A stretch of 64,000 nucleotides of DNA from a virus (IMGVR_UViG_3300042879_005260:29514-93513); one strand, 5' to 3'. Shown: positions 28,152-36,727, counted from the stretch's first letter. The notes: generated by a model from the sequence alone, not told the origin. Made by a program: numbers and translations.

Positions 28152-28439
28152 TTATTCGTTTTCAGTAGGTATTTCTTTATCTTTGGTAAACCTTCTAATA
28201 GCTAATAAAGCAGAACCAATAGTAAATAATGCAACACTTTGCATGGTTATTGTTGTTAGTATAGCGTTTGTTTGATCATTTACATTACGTGTGAAAACAG
28301 CTTCTATTGAGGCAACACCAAAAACTAAAACTGAAACTATACAAGCAAAAAAGCCAACGATTTTACCTGGACTTGTACGACCTTTGGAGTCGTTAAAAAT
28401 TTCCCGCCATTCAAATTTATGTAAATTAGGTTTTTCCAT
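28152..28439 (-). CDS. small two-TM membrane protein
   Basis: hydrophobic helices; lone minus-strand gene between plus-strand genes. Confidence 0.35.
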   Translation of the reverse strand: MEKPNLHKFEWREIFNDSKGRTSPGKIVGFFACIVSVLVFGVASIEAVFTRNVNDQTNAILTTITMQSVALFTIGSALLAIRRFTKDKEIPTENE

Positions 28440-28487
28440 GATTTTCTTTTTTTATATAAATACTTATATTACATAAAAGAGATTATT

Positions 28488-28742
28488 ATGATTAAGAAAA
28501 AATTAAAAAAATTTCATTTTCAAACCCCAGAGAAAGACACAAGTTTAGCAGATTATTGGGGACCGATTGTTGAGGGTCTTATAAATAGACAACAGACTCA
28601 AGAGGTGTTATTAAATTTTGTACCCACAAATGTAAATATAACTTATACTGTTTTAGAAGATGGCTGGTATACTGATGGTTATTATGATACCACTTTTGTG
28701 AAAAGTGATATTATACCTTTTAATTTTAAAATTAAAAAATAA
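28488..28742 (+). CDS. hypothetical small protein
   Basis: ORF track 84 aa. Confidence 0.3.
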   Translation: MIKKKLKKFHFQTPEKDTSLADYWGPIVEGLINRQQTQEVLLNFVPTNVNITYTVLEDGWYTDGYYDTTFVKSDIIPFNFKIKK

Positions 28743-28748
28743 ATATTT

Positions 28749-28777
28749 TTGATAATTAAAAATATTTCGTATCTTTG
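28749..28777 (+). promoter_or_regulatory. Bacteroidetes-type promoter
   Basis: TTG at 28749, 18-nt gap, TATCTTTG at 28770-28777, ATG at 28793. Confidence 0.5.
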
Positions 28778-28792
28778 TAAAAAATAAAAAAC

Positions 28793-29002
28793 ATGGCAAC
28801 AGAAGATTTGATTAATAAACTTGAAAAAAAAGTAATTGGTTTAATGGGTAAAATTAAAAATAACGAAATTACACCCGCAGAATCTAAAATCGGTAAACCT
28901 TTAAATCTTTTAAAAGACTTAGATCTTCCACTTTATGAAAAACTTTTAGCAGAATATAAAATAGTTTTAGAAAATTATAAAAAAAATATTGACAATAAAT
29001 AA
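28793..29002 (+). CDS. hypothetical small protein
   Basis: ORF track 69 aa, preceded by promoter motif. Confidence 0.35.
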   Translation: MATEDLINKLEKKVIGLMGKIKNNEITPAESKIGKPLNLLKDLDLPLYEKLLAEYKIVLENYKKNIDNK

Positions 29003-29154
29003 CTTTTTACGATCTTTGTGTATATTTATTAATCAAATGAAAAATTTAACAAACATATTACCTTTTATGCCGACGGTGGAATTTCAGCTTAAAATAGCTA
29101 GGCTCGGGTTTTTGTTTAATTGTTAAATTTTAAATTTAATCAATATATAGAAAA

Positions 29155-29181
29155 AACCTGAGAATCTCTCAGGTTTTTTTG
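29155..29181 (+). terminator. rho-independent terminator
   Basis: cctgagaatctctcagg hairpin plus T7. Confidence 0.6.
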
Positions 29182-29208
29182 TTTTATGACTCTTTGAAAT
29201 ATTTTAAT

Positions 29209-29279
29209 GTCCGATGGTGTAACGGCTAACATTTCTGAATTTGACTCAGAAGATTTCAGGTTCGAATCCTGATCGGACA
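29209..29279 (+). tRNA. tRNA-Gln(UUG)
   Basis: acceptor GTCCGAT/ATCGGAC, anticodon arm TCTGA-ATTTGAC-TCAGA, T-arm TCAGGTTCGAATCCTGA. Confidence 0.7.
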
Positions 29280-29288
29280 ACCATAACC

Positions 29289-29361
29289 GGAGCTTTCGTA
29301 TAGCTGGTGCGTACGTTGGACTGAAAATCCAAAGGACTAGGCTCGATTCCTAGAGGCTCCA
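29289..29361 (+). tRNA. tRNA-Phe(GAA)
   Basis: anticodon arm TTGGA-CTGAAAA-TCCAA; T-loop CTCGATT. Confidence 0.7.
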
Positions 29362-29367
29362 CTGAAC

Positions 29368-29441
29368 GGCGTCGTAGTCAAGTGGTTTAAGACAGGACTC
29401 TCATAAGGTCCCATTCGGGGGTTCGAATCCCTTCGACGCTA
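29368..29441 (+). tRNA. tRNA-Met/Ile2(CAU)
   Basis: anticodon arm GGACT-CTCATAA-GGTCC; T-arm GGGGGTTCGAATCCCTT. Confidence 0.65.
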
Positions 29442-29446
29442 CAAAT

Positions 29447-29519
29447 TCTCCTGAAGCATTGCTGGCGATGCACCTGACTTGTAATCAGGATACAATCGGT
29501 TCGATTCCGGTCGGGAGAT
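29447..29519 (+). tRNA. tRNA-Thr(UGU)
   Basis: anticodon arm CCTGA-CTTGTAA-TCAGG; T-loop TTCGATT. Confidence 0.65.
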
Positions 29520-29525
29520 CCAAAT

Positions 29526-29597
29526 AGTTCTGTAACTCAATGGAAGAGTACCAAGCTTACATCTTGGCTGTCGTTAGTTCGATTCTAACCAGAACTA
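29526..29597 (+). tRNA. tRNA-Val(UAC)
   Basis: acceptor AGTTCTG/CAGAACT; anticodon arm CCAAG-CTTACAT-CTTGG. Confidence 0.65.
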
Positions 29598-29604
29598 CTT
29601 AAAT

Positions 29605-29679
29605 GCCTCCATGGCGGAATTGGTAGACGCGTCACTCTTAGAAAGTGAATTTTTGTAGGTTCGAATCCTACTGGGGGCA
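29605..29679 (+). tRNA. tRNA-Leu(UAG), short variable arm
   Basis: Leu-type D-arm GCGGAATTGGTAGACGC; anticodon arm TCACT-CTTAGAA-AGTGA; discriminator A; only 75 nt. Confidence 0.55.
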
Positions 29680-29690
29680 CAAAAAAATAT

Positions 29691-29721
29691 TTGGTAAATT
29701 AAAAAATTTTATCTATATTTG
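29691..29721 (+). promoter_or_regulatory. Bacteroidetes-type promoter inside the tRNA cluster
   Basis: TTG at 29691, 20-nt gap, TATATTTG at 29714-29721, directly upstream of tRNA-Glu. Confidence 0.45.
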
Positions 29722-29733
29722 TACAACAATAAC

Positions 29734-29805
29734 GGTCGGTTCATCTAAGGGTTAGGATACAAGATTTTCATTCTTGTCATAGGGGTCCGAATCCCCTACC
29801 GACTA
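29734..29805 (+). tRNA. tRNA-Glu(UUC)
   Basis: anticodon arm CAAGA-TTTTCAT-TCTTG; T-arm AGGGGTCCGAATCCCCT. Confidence 0.65.
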
Positions 29806-29876
29806 CAAAAGGTTGATTGGGAATTCGGTGAACCGATGAGGTGAGTGAAACTAATCATAAAGTTCTTTGATATTAT

Positions 29877-29964
29877 GGCTGGGTGGCGAAATTTGGTTAT
29901 ACGCGAAAGACTTAAAATCTTTTGGACCGTGAGGTCCGTGCGGGTTCGAGTCCCGCCCCGGCTA
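29877..29964 (+). tRNA. tRNA-Leu(UAA), class II
   Basis: anticodon arm AAAGA-CTTAAAA-TCTTT; long variable arm TGGACCGTGAGGTCCGT; T-arm GCGGGTTCGAGTCCCGC. Confidence 0.7.
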
Positions 29965-29970
29965 CTAAAC

Positions 29971-30047
29971 ATGGTGATAGAGGAGTCAGGTTTATCTCGC
30001 TTGGTTTGGGACCAAGAATTACGTGGGTTCGAATCCCACTCACCATA
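29971..30047 (+). tRNA. tRNA-Pro(UGG)
   Basis: acceptor ATGGTGA/TCACCAT; anticodon arm CTTGG-TTTGGGA-CCAAG. Confidence 0.6.
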
Positions 30048-30055
30048 CTAAACAA

Positions 30056-30128
30056 GCCCTCGTGGCGCAACGGTGAGCGCAGGATGCTTATATCATCAAG
30101 GCTGTTGGTTCGAGTCCAACCGAGGGTA
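30056..30128 (+). tRNA. tRNA-Ile(UAU) candidate
   Basis: anticodon arm GGATG-CTTATAT-CATCA gives anticodon TAT; T-arm GTTGGTTCGAGTCCAAC. Confidence 0.5.
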
Positions 30129-30227
30129 CTAAAAAAAATATTAATCCTAGATTAAAATGAAAATAAAATATAAATATAAACAGTAAGGTTAGTCCACTAC
30201 GAATGGGCTAACCTTATAAAATGTTAA

Positions 30228-30299
30228 CCGCTCGTAGCAAACTGGTGTAGGCAATAGACTTTTAATCTATGGGGCTGGGTTCGACTCCCAGCGGGCGGA
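30228..30299 (+). tRNA. tRNA-Lys(UUU)
   Basis: anticodon arm ATAGA-CTTTTAA-TCTAT; T-arm CTGGGTTCGACTCCCAG. Confidence 0.65.
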
Positions 30300-30324
30300 C
30301 AAAAACCAAATTAAATAAGATTAC

Positions 30325-30840
30325 ATGAAAAATGATATGATATTAGTTTTAAACTCTGATTACACACCACTGACGGTTGCAAGTGTTAACAGGGCTTTTA
30401 AATTAATTTATAAAGAAAAAGCTGAAATTATAATATCTAAAGGTTATATTAAAACTGAAAAAAAAGATTACGAAAAACCTTTAATAATTAGATTATATAA
30501 TCATATAACTTATCCGTATAAAAAAGCAACGTTATCCAGGTACAATTTATATAAAAGAGACAGTTATAAATGCCAATATTGTGGTTCCGATAAAAACCTA
30601 ACCATGGATCATATTTTACCAAGAAGCAGGGGCGGTAAAAATACCTGGGACAACCTGGTTACTTGTTGTAACAGATGTAACGTTTATAAAGGTGATAGAA
30701 CGCCAGAAGAGGCAAATATGTTTTTAATTAAAAAACCTTTTGCACCAAATCATTTATTTTTTATAAATAAAATGTATAAAACACACGAAGAATGGAAACC
30801 ATATTTAAAGGAAACTAAAAATGAACAAATTGATTTTTAA
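30325..30840 (+). CDS. HNH homing endonuclease
   Basis: CQYCGSDKNLTMDHILPRSRGGKNTWDNLVTCCNRCNVYKG HNH motif. Confidence 0.75.
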   Translation: MKNDMILVLNSDYTPLTVASVNRAFKLIYKEKAEIIISKGYIKTEKKDYEKPLIIRLYNHITYPYKKATLSRYNLYKRDSYKCQYCGSDKNLTMDHILPRSRGGKNTWDNLVTCCNRCNVYKGDRTPEEANMFLIKKPFAPNHLFFINKMYKTHEEWKPYLKETKNEQIDF

Positions 30841-30914
30841 ATATCTGGGTTGGTTACTTTACCCAGATGGTAAACAAGGAAAAGAACATAGGCATAAAAA
30901 TTTAAAAAATATTT

Positions 30915-31106
30915 ATGGAAAATAATAAAGCCATATTTGAAGAAGGTCGGGATTATTACTTAAAAGATGGTAAAGTCATTATGACCGAATATTATTTAAT
31001 TAAAAAAGGTCGTTGTTGTGGTTCGGGTTGTTTATTTTGCCCTTATGAACCTTTTCATACTAAGGGAACCACTAAATTGAGAAATATACCTAAAGATAGT
31101 TATTAA
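30915..31106 (+). CDS. small Cys-rich protein
   Basis: GRCCGSGCLFCPYEP cysteine cluster. Confidence 0.35.
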   Translation: MENNKAIFEEGRDYYLKDGKVIMTEYYLIKKGRCCGSGCLFCPYEPFHTKGTTKLRNIPKDSY

Positions 31107-31109
31107 AAA

Positions 31110-31141
31110 TTTTTTTTAATGAAAAAAAATACTTATATTTG
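31110..31141 (+). promoter_or_regulatory. Bacteroidetes-type -7 box (TTATATTTG)
   Basis: TATATTTG at 31134-31141 overlaps the track ATG at 31139, so the real start is probably ATG 31163. Confidence 0.4.
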
Positions 31142-31162
31142 TACCACAAAAAAAATAAAAAA

Positions 31163-31417
31163 ATGAACTGGATAAAAAAATTAATTCCCGCCTATGTTGA
31201 AGTTAGGTCTTTGTACTGGGTAAACTATTCTAAAAAAATGGACGCAGAACTAAATAGAATTTTTGAATCTATTGACAACGATGATTATGTAACAGCAGAA
31301 AAACTTATTGCTGAATTTGAATCAAAACATAGTCAAGGTGAAGTTCCTTTGTGGGTTGCTGTTGAAATGGCGGCAATACACAGAGCAAAATCAATGTTGA
31401 ATTTTTTAAATTCTTAA
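31163..31417 (+). CDS. hypothetical protein (start adjusted to MNWIKK)
   Basis: track ORF 31139..31417 trimmed because the promoter -7 box overlaps its first ATG. Confidence 0.35.
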   Translation: MNWIKKLIPAYVEVRSLYWVNYSKKMDAELNRIFESIDNDDYVTAEKLIAEFESKHSQGEVPLWVAVEMAAIHRAKSMLNFLNS

Positions 31418-31603
31418 TATAAAAACCAAAATAACTATGATAAAAAACAAGTACATTTTAATGGCGGCAGCTGCATTATCAGTTCCCTTCATTCTAGCAT
31501 GGACATTTAACCATGTCAATCCATGGCTCGCATTCGGAGCCGCACTATTTTTAGTATTATTAATCAATAACTATTTCACAACAAACAAAAACAACAATCA
31601 AAA

Positions 31604-32434
31604 ATGAAAACAAAAATGAAAACAAAAATGAAATCAATCCTTTTTAGCTTAATCGTAGTAGTAACCCTTAGCTCATGTGAGCGTGTCGCACCCAATTATT
31701 ATGGAGTTCTCATGGAAAACTACGGTAAAAATGGCAAAGAAGACTACTCGAAACAACAAGGGAGAGTAAACACAACTGCTCCAGGTACAGAACTGTTTCA
31801 AGTACCAGCTTTTGAACAAAGAGCCGCATTTACTAATGAAGACGGTACCGATCGTGTATTGAAGCTCAAAGCAGCAGATAACACTGAGTTTAATGCCAAA
31901 CCACTTTATTCCTATAAGGCAATGCCTAATCGAGTAGTTGATTTGGTATTTCAAAATGCTCGACTTGGTAGTGGTGATAGCTTTATGAAATCCCTAGAAG
32001 ATAATGTGTTAGAACCTCATATTTACGATTTAATCAAAGAAGAAAGTAGAAAATACATTACTGACTCTCTTATGGCTAATGGTGGTTCATTAAAGTTTGA
32101 AGAGCGAGTACAAGCTCTAGTTAAGAAATCTTTCGAAGACAAAGGTTTAGAGTTAATTACCTTCAGTGCAAACCTTGACTTCAGTGATAAAGTAAAAGCT
32201 AAAATTGATTCTCGTAATGAAGTAAATACAAACATATCAGTGTTAGATCAACAAATTGCTGAGCAGAAAAAGAGAAACGAATTGGCTGAATTACAAGCAC
32301 AGGAAAACATAATCAAATCAAGAGGTATTACTCAAGAGTTGTTGCAACAACAAGCACTTGAAAAATGGAATGGTGTGTTACCAAGTACTTGGGCTGGGAA
32401 TGGTAGTTTACCTTTTGTAAAAGCAGTTAAGTAA
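31604..32434 (+). CDS. SPFH/band-7 domain lipoprotein
   Basis: lipoprotein signal ...TLSSC; prohibitin-like core with C-terminal coiled coil AEQKKRNELAELQAQE. Confidence 0.55.
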   Translation: MKTKMKTKMKSILFSLIVVVTLSSCERVAPNYYGVLMENYGKNGKEDYSKQQGRVNTTAPGTELFQVPAFEQRAAFTNEDGTDRVLKLKAADNTEFNAKPLYSYKAMPNRVVDLVFQNARLGSGDSFMKSLEDNVLEPHIYDLIKEESRKYITDSLMANGGSLKFEERVQALVKKSFEDKGLELITFSANLDFSDKVKAKIDSRNEVNTNISVLDQQIAEQKKRNELAELQAQENIIKSRGITQELLQQQALEKWNGVLPSTWAGNGSLPFVKAVK

Positions 32435-32443
32435 TAAAGGTTT

Positions 32444-32520
32444 AGTCAGGTGGCTGAATTGGCGACAGAGGCACTCCATTAGACAATGGGTGGATGCAGG
32501 TTCGAGTCCTGTCCTGACTA
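32444..32520 (+). tRNA. tRNA-like element with aberrant anticodon region
   Basis: acceptor AGTCAGG/CCTGACT and T-arm GCAGGTTCGAGTCCTGT are canonical, but the central region forms an extended CCATT-AGAC-AATGG hairpin instead of a 7-nt anticodon loop. Confidence 0.4.
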
Positions 32521-32540
32521 CTAAAAAATTAAAAAATAAA

Positions 32541-32570
32541 TTTGACTTTAAATAAAAAACACTTATATTT
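32541..32570 (+). promoter_or_regulatory. Bacteroidetes-type promoter (TTGACT..19..TATATTTG)
   Basis: TTGACT at 32541, TATATTTG at 32563-32570, ATG at 32596. Confidence 0.5.
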
Positions 32571-32595
32571 GTATTAAAATCAAACATTTAGACTT

Positions 32596-33510
32596 ATGAA
32601 AAAGAACTCACTCTCAACTGCCGGACTTTCGTTATCTCAAGCACAATCAATTAGTAATCTTTGTAATCAAAGAGCTAAAGATATTGAGGCGGATTTAAAA
32701 AATGTTAATAATGTTGAGAAGGTTTTAAAAATAAACAATGAAGTTTATGTTGAAACGACCGCAAAAAAACTGCCTGAAAATACCATAGAGATTTTATCAG
32801 AGAAAGCAAAATTACATGCTTGTCAGGCATTTTTAATGGAAAACATAAAAGCCAAAGATCAGTTGATAACTGAATTACAACGTAAAGTTTTTGTTTCTAA
32901 TTTAGAAGAACCTAAAATACCAGAATATAAAACATACGATGAATTACCTTTGGTGAATGAAGTTTGGGGTTGGGGCCAGCTTTCGGTTTCTGAATATAAT
33001 GAATATTTGGAGGCAGAGGCTTACGCATCCCATATTGGACAGTTTATCCATAAAGACGGTAAATTGGACACTCTTCGTAGAGAACTACCAAATATTAAAA
33101 CTTTGGAGTGGATTACGATTAAAGATGGTGAAAAAACACCTTTAAAGGTTACTATTCACCACACTCAGAGCCAATTATTGGAATTACATGAAAATTTGGC
33201 CGCAATGCACCGTAAATACGAACAACGTGTTAATTACTTTAAAGCAAAAGTAAAAAACATGGTAACCGAAGAAAATGCTCGTATTTCTAAGGAAAATGCA
33301 TTTAAGTTGGCGGAAGTAATAAAAGAAAACGAAATTCTTGAAAAAGAATTCACCAACCTGTATAAAAATTACCAATCTGAAAACCTAAAATTGAAACAAG
33401 ATTTTGAGGTGAGTCGTCAAGAACAAATTAAAGAAGTTTCTTCTTTAAGAATTCAGGTGGACCCAAGATTTCAAGAGGTTGTTAATTTTTTTTTAAGTAA
33501 AATGGCATAA
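32596..33510 (+). CDS. coiled-coil hypothetical protein
   Basis: ORF track 304 aa. Confidence 0.4.
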   Translation: MKKNSLSTAGLSLSQAQSISNLCNQRAKDIEADLKNVNNVEKVLKINNEVYVETTAKKLPENTIEILSEKAKLHACQAFLMENIKAKDQLITELQRKVFVSNLEEPKIPEYKTYDELPLVNEVWGWGQLSVSEYNEYLEAEAYASHIGQFIHKDGKLDTLRRELPNIKTLEWITIKDGEKTPLKVTIHHTQSQLLELHENLAAMHRKYEQRVNYFKAKVKNMVTEENARISKENAFKLAEVIKENEILEKEFTNLYKNYQSENLKLKQDFEVSRQEQIKEVSSLRIQVDPRFQEVVNFFLSKMA

Positions 33511-33849
33511 TGAAGGTGGTTCAAAAGTAAGCATAAGCCGATATTTTGAACTTTTGTATTTGGTGGTTTGGTTCTTAATGTAATGAATATTACTCAATAA
33601 TTAATTTACATTTTTTTATCATCTAGGTGATAAAAATACCAAACCGCTTCCTTACAAACTTTAAAAACTGAGATAGAACTCACGGTTAGACAGGTTATCC
33701 TATAGTGGAAGAATTGGCTAACAAATTGAGACTTGGTTTTTGGCTTTGTCTTTGATGTGAGGAAGGTCTTTGATTTAGTTTTTGATTTAGACGTTATCTA
33801 CACACCAAATCACTAAATAACTTCATAAAACATTAGTTCTTTAAATTTT

Positions 33850-34121
33850 GCACCTGTAGCTCAGTTGGATTAGAGCAACTGCCTCAAATCGGGGGTGTTA
33901 TGTCAGAAATGACATAATAGAATTCATCAAATTCGGGGAATCCTGTAAAATGGTAATCCCGAGCGAAGCCTGAAAAGGAACGTGTAGAGACTTGACGGTG
34001 AACACCTAAGTTAGAATCTAATAAGGTGATGGGAAAGTCCAGACCACAAACGTAAATGGTAGTGAAAACTATAGTGGTATGTCTAAGCAGTAGGTCCCAG
34101 GTTCGAATCCTGGCAGGTGTA
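33850..34121 (+). tRNA. tRNA-Arg(UCU) interrupted by a group I intron
   Basis: 5' exon GCACCTGTAGCTCAGTTGGATTAGAGCAACTGCCT (33850-33884); 3' exon TCTAAGCAGTAGGTCCCAGGTTCGAATCCTGGCAGGTGTA (34082-34121). Spliced product closely matches bacterial tRNA-Arg(UCU). Exon ends in U, intron ends in G. Confidence 0.6.
33885..34081 (+). ncRNA. group I intron (trnL-intron-like core), ~197 nt
   Basis: GGTAATCCCGAGCGAAGCC resembles the trnL intron GGGCAATCCTGAGCCAA element; GTGTAGAGACTTGACGG resembles the catalytic-core GCAGAGACTCAATGG; P7 pairing GACUU/AAGUC present. Confidence 0.55.
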
Positions 34122-34341
34122 CAATGAGTAAGAGATACTCAGCAGTCTTTGGTTCAAGACTCATTTAACAATGAACCCGTTCAAACTGGACAGCGGAATG
34201 CCAGTTCTTAGGGTCAAAGGCGCCAATCACAGCTCCTCCTTCGTAGTGTGACTTTTTTAATAGGGGATGCCCTGTAGGTTTCATCAATAGGAAAAAAACC
34301 GGAATGACTACTCACCTGGAATCTCAAGGTGGGGAAATTTA

Positions 34342-34433
34342 GTCGGGTGGCGGAATTGGTAGACGCTGGCTTGAGAAGAATGTAGAGAGAGCCTTAAAGG
34401 ACATTCAATACAGGTTCGAATCCTGTCCTGACA
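34342..34433 (+). tRNA. tRNA-like element (Leu-type D-arm), anticodon arm unresolved
   Basis: GGCGGAATTGGTAGACGC D-arm and AGGTTCGAATCCT T-arm; 3' half nearly identical to the 32444 element; middle forms a GAATGT...ACATTC hairpin with a 17-nt loop. Confidence 0.35.
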
Positions 34434-34455
34434 ACTAAAAAAAATACAAAAATAC

Positions 34456-34486
34456 TTGATAGATTAAAAAATATTTAGTATCTTTG
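34456..34486 (+). promoter_or_regulatory. Bacteroidetes-type promoter P1 in RNA island
   Basis: TTGATA..20 nt..TATCTTTG (34479-34486). Confidence 0.5.
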
Positions 34487-34597
34487 TTATGTTCTTTGGA
34501 AAGGAGGTCTGGTGTGAACCTGAGATATTTGAGATTCCCGATAAGGGAACGATTTTAAGCGACTCAGTAGCACATTCCAAACAACAAAAAAAATATT

Positions 34598-34628
34598 ACA
34601 AAAGTACTTGACAAATTAAAAAATGTTT
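34598..34628 (+). promoter_or_regulatory. Bacteroidetes-type promoter P2 (near-duplicate of P1)
   Basis: TTGACA..20 nt..TATCTTTG (34621-34628); ~50-bp block nearly identical to P1. Confidence 0.5.
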
Positions 34629-34634
34629 AGTATC

Positions 34635-35810
34635 TTTGTAAGACAAAATCGGGAAACCGAATCGTTCTTTGAAAAAATAGATTATCCGTTCAGGTGAAAG
34701 TAAGTTCTTCGGAACTATGATAACTTGATAAAGATATTGGGCCGTGTATAGTCCTTAAATAAACTACGAAAGTAGGATAAAGTGAAATCATCTGTGTTAG
34801 TGGTTTTGCGTCTTGGGAAACCGAGGTCGAGTACACAAGTGGGATATCATCTAACCTTTAGTACTGAGGGCAACGCTTTAGGGAAAATGGTTAGATGACT
34901 AAGCAATGTGGATTGTTTAGTTGAGGTGGGAACACCGATAAGAATAACCCATAGGAATCTTACAAAAAATGTGATTATCCAGTTACATTATTGTGGGTTC
35001 CAATACAAGAGAGGACTTAAAACCGAAAGGTAAGATGGAGAACGAGTGGTGTCGCTACCATCCCTATCAAAGATTTACCAAAATCTTGATATGAAGTAAT
35101 CTTAAAATATGGAAATGGGGACATTTCACTGAGTAGTTTGGTATTCTTTTCTTCAAAAGAGAACGGAGCCTACGACGGACCACTACTTGGACACATCCAC
35201 AACACAAAAACTTTATTATGAAAATTAAAGTCCATTTAATAAATAATTCTAAAGCAAAAGTGTTCGTCAGGTGTTGATGAAAGGTGATTACATAGTCATG
35301 AGTTGTTCATGGCACACTGAGACCGCAAGTTGATGTGTATTCTTGTGAAAAACCTCTAGTCCCGCAAGGATCAACTGGGGAGGCATCCTCGGAGAGAGTT
35401 GAGTAGAAAGAGAGTAGTTGGCACCTCTAGGAGTTGTATACCTAAAAAACCATCACTGAGAAATACTTCTCAAAAGGAAGTGGAAATAAAGGGAAACAAT
35501 AATCCTTTTAAAGGTTCTCACAAAAAACGTGTATTCTCAGCGTAAGTTTTAAAAAATATTTTAAAAGTAAAAAATCAAAACCACTGGTTAAACCCACTGG
35601 GGATTAGGCTCTAATGATGTCCACCCTTTGGTAAGTACTCACAATAGGCCGGCTTCTTTAATGGCTGATACGTGTATAAGTCCGAGCATAAAACACGAAC
35701 TCTACTTACTTTGTGAAATTACTGCCAATTGCAGACTACTATGTGGAATAAATAGATGACCTTCTGAACATAAAGATAAGTGCTCTTGGTTTGATTTTGT
35801 TATAATATAA
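34635..35810 (+). ncRNA. candidate large structured non-coding RNA (~1.2 kb, unknown family)
   Basis: downstream of promoter P2; no ORF above 60 aa on either strand; locally GC-richer than genome; many local hairpins; T-arm-like GGTTCGATTCC near 35855. Confidence 0.3.
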
Positions 35811-35959
35811 GGCGGGCGGACAGGTTGGTATCTGAGGAAGTCTCATAAGCTTCAAAAATCTGGTTCGATTCCAGAGCGTCGCAACTAATGTGTCACCAAT
35901 CCCTGGTTCAAATTGGTGGTCTCGGTGAAAGGTACTAGTCCTATTTCACCCAAACATAA

Positions 35960-36030
35960 GCGAGTATAGCATAAAATTAATGCGCCGGTTTTCCAAACCG
36001 AAGAAGGTGGAGAGTTACCATCTACTCGCT
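35960..36030 (+). tRNA. tRNA-Gly(UCC) candidate with atypical D/T loops
   Basis: acceptor GCGAGTA/TACTCGC; anticodon arm CCGGT-TTTCCAA-ACCGA; T-stem GGTGG/CCATC with non-canonical loop AGAGTTA; D-loop lacks GG. Confidence 0.4.
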
Positions 36031-36039
36031 CAAAAATAA

Positions 36040-36110
36040 GCGGTATTTGTGTAGTGGTAAGACATGACATTGCCAATGTTAAGACGTAAGTTCGATTCTT
36101 GCATACCGCT
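36040..36110 (+). tRNA. tRNA-Gly(GCC)
   Basis: acceptor GCGGTAT/ATACCGC; anticodon arm TGACA-TTGCCAA-TGTTA; T-arm GTAAGTTCGATTCTTGC. Confidence 0.6.
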
Positions 36111-36156
36111 CTATTGATTTTTTTACATTGTAAACATATATTTATATTAAAAAAAT

Positions 36157-36708
36157 ATGAAAGATAAATTTGATGATTTTGGTGACGACTTTTTTGGTCG
36201 TTGGGAAGAGTTTAATAGATTAATGGTTAACTCACCTTTGATAAGAGATGAAATGGAAAAATTTCTTCGAATGCTAATGGATTCCAATGATTTAAATAAC
36301 GAAATTTCAAATATTAGAATCATACCTTTGAATGCTTATAAGCCAAATGATATTGATTCTTTTGATATTCCAGAAAACGAATTGGATGTTGAAAAAGGTG
36401 AAAATGAAAACGGTAAATGGGAAACTAAAAGTTGGACATCTCCAGATGGTTCTATGAGTTTTAAATCTTTTAGTATGTCATCAACACCCGAAGAATTTTT
36501 TTATAAAAATTTAATGTCAGATCTTTTTCAAACTGGTGACAATAGAAATTCAAAAAAATATACTACAGAAGATTTGAAAAATTTTAAAATAGAAAAACTC
36601 CAAAAATCTTTAAATGCCGCAGTTGAAGTTGAAGATTATGAAAAAGCTGCGGAACTTAAAAAAATGATTGAAAAAATAAAAGAAGAAAATTTTGATAATA
36701 AAAAATAA
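36157..36708 (+). CDS. acidic protein with UVR-like motif
   Basis: C-terminal LQKSLNAAVEVEDYEKAAELKKMIEKIK resembles UvrB/UvrC (UVR) domain. Confidence 0.4.
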   Translation: MKDKFDDFGDDFFGRWEEFNRLMVNSPLIRDEMEKFLRMLMDSNDLNNEISNIRIIPLNAYKPNDIDSFDIPENELDVEKGENENGKWETKSWTSPDGSMSFKSFSMSSTPEEFFYKNLMSDLFQTGDNRNSKKYTTEDLKNFKIEKLQKSLNAAVEVEDYEKAAELKKMIEKIKEENFDNKK

Positions 36709-36727
36709 TTTTATATATTTGTGATAT

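Noticed and set aside
29845-30155. Track ORFs 29845..30051 and 29922..30155 (plus 63616..63852 on the minus strand).
   Set aside because: They lie entirely over tRNA genes, and their GC-rich 'proteins' are translations of tRNA sequence.
34635-35810. RNase P RNA or rRNA fragment in the large ORF-free block.
   Set aside because: I could not find the conserved P4 elements (GGAAAGUCCGG / ACAGAACCCGGCUUA) or rRNA signature sequences. Left as an unknown structured RNA.
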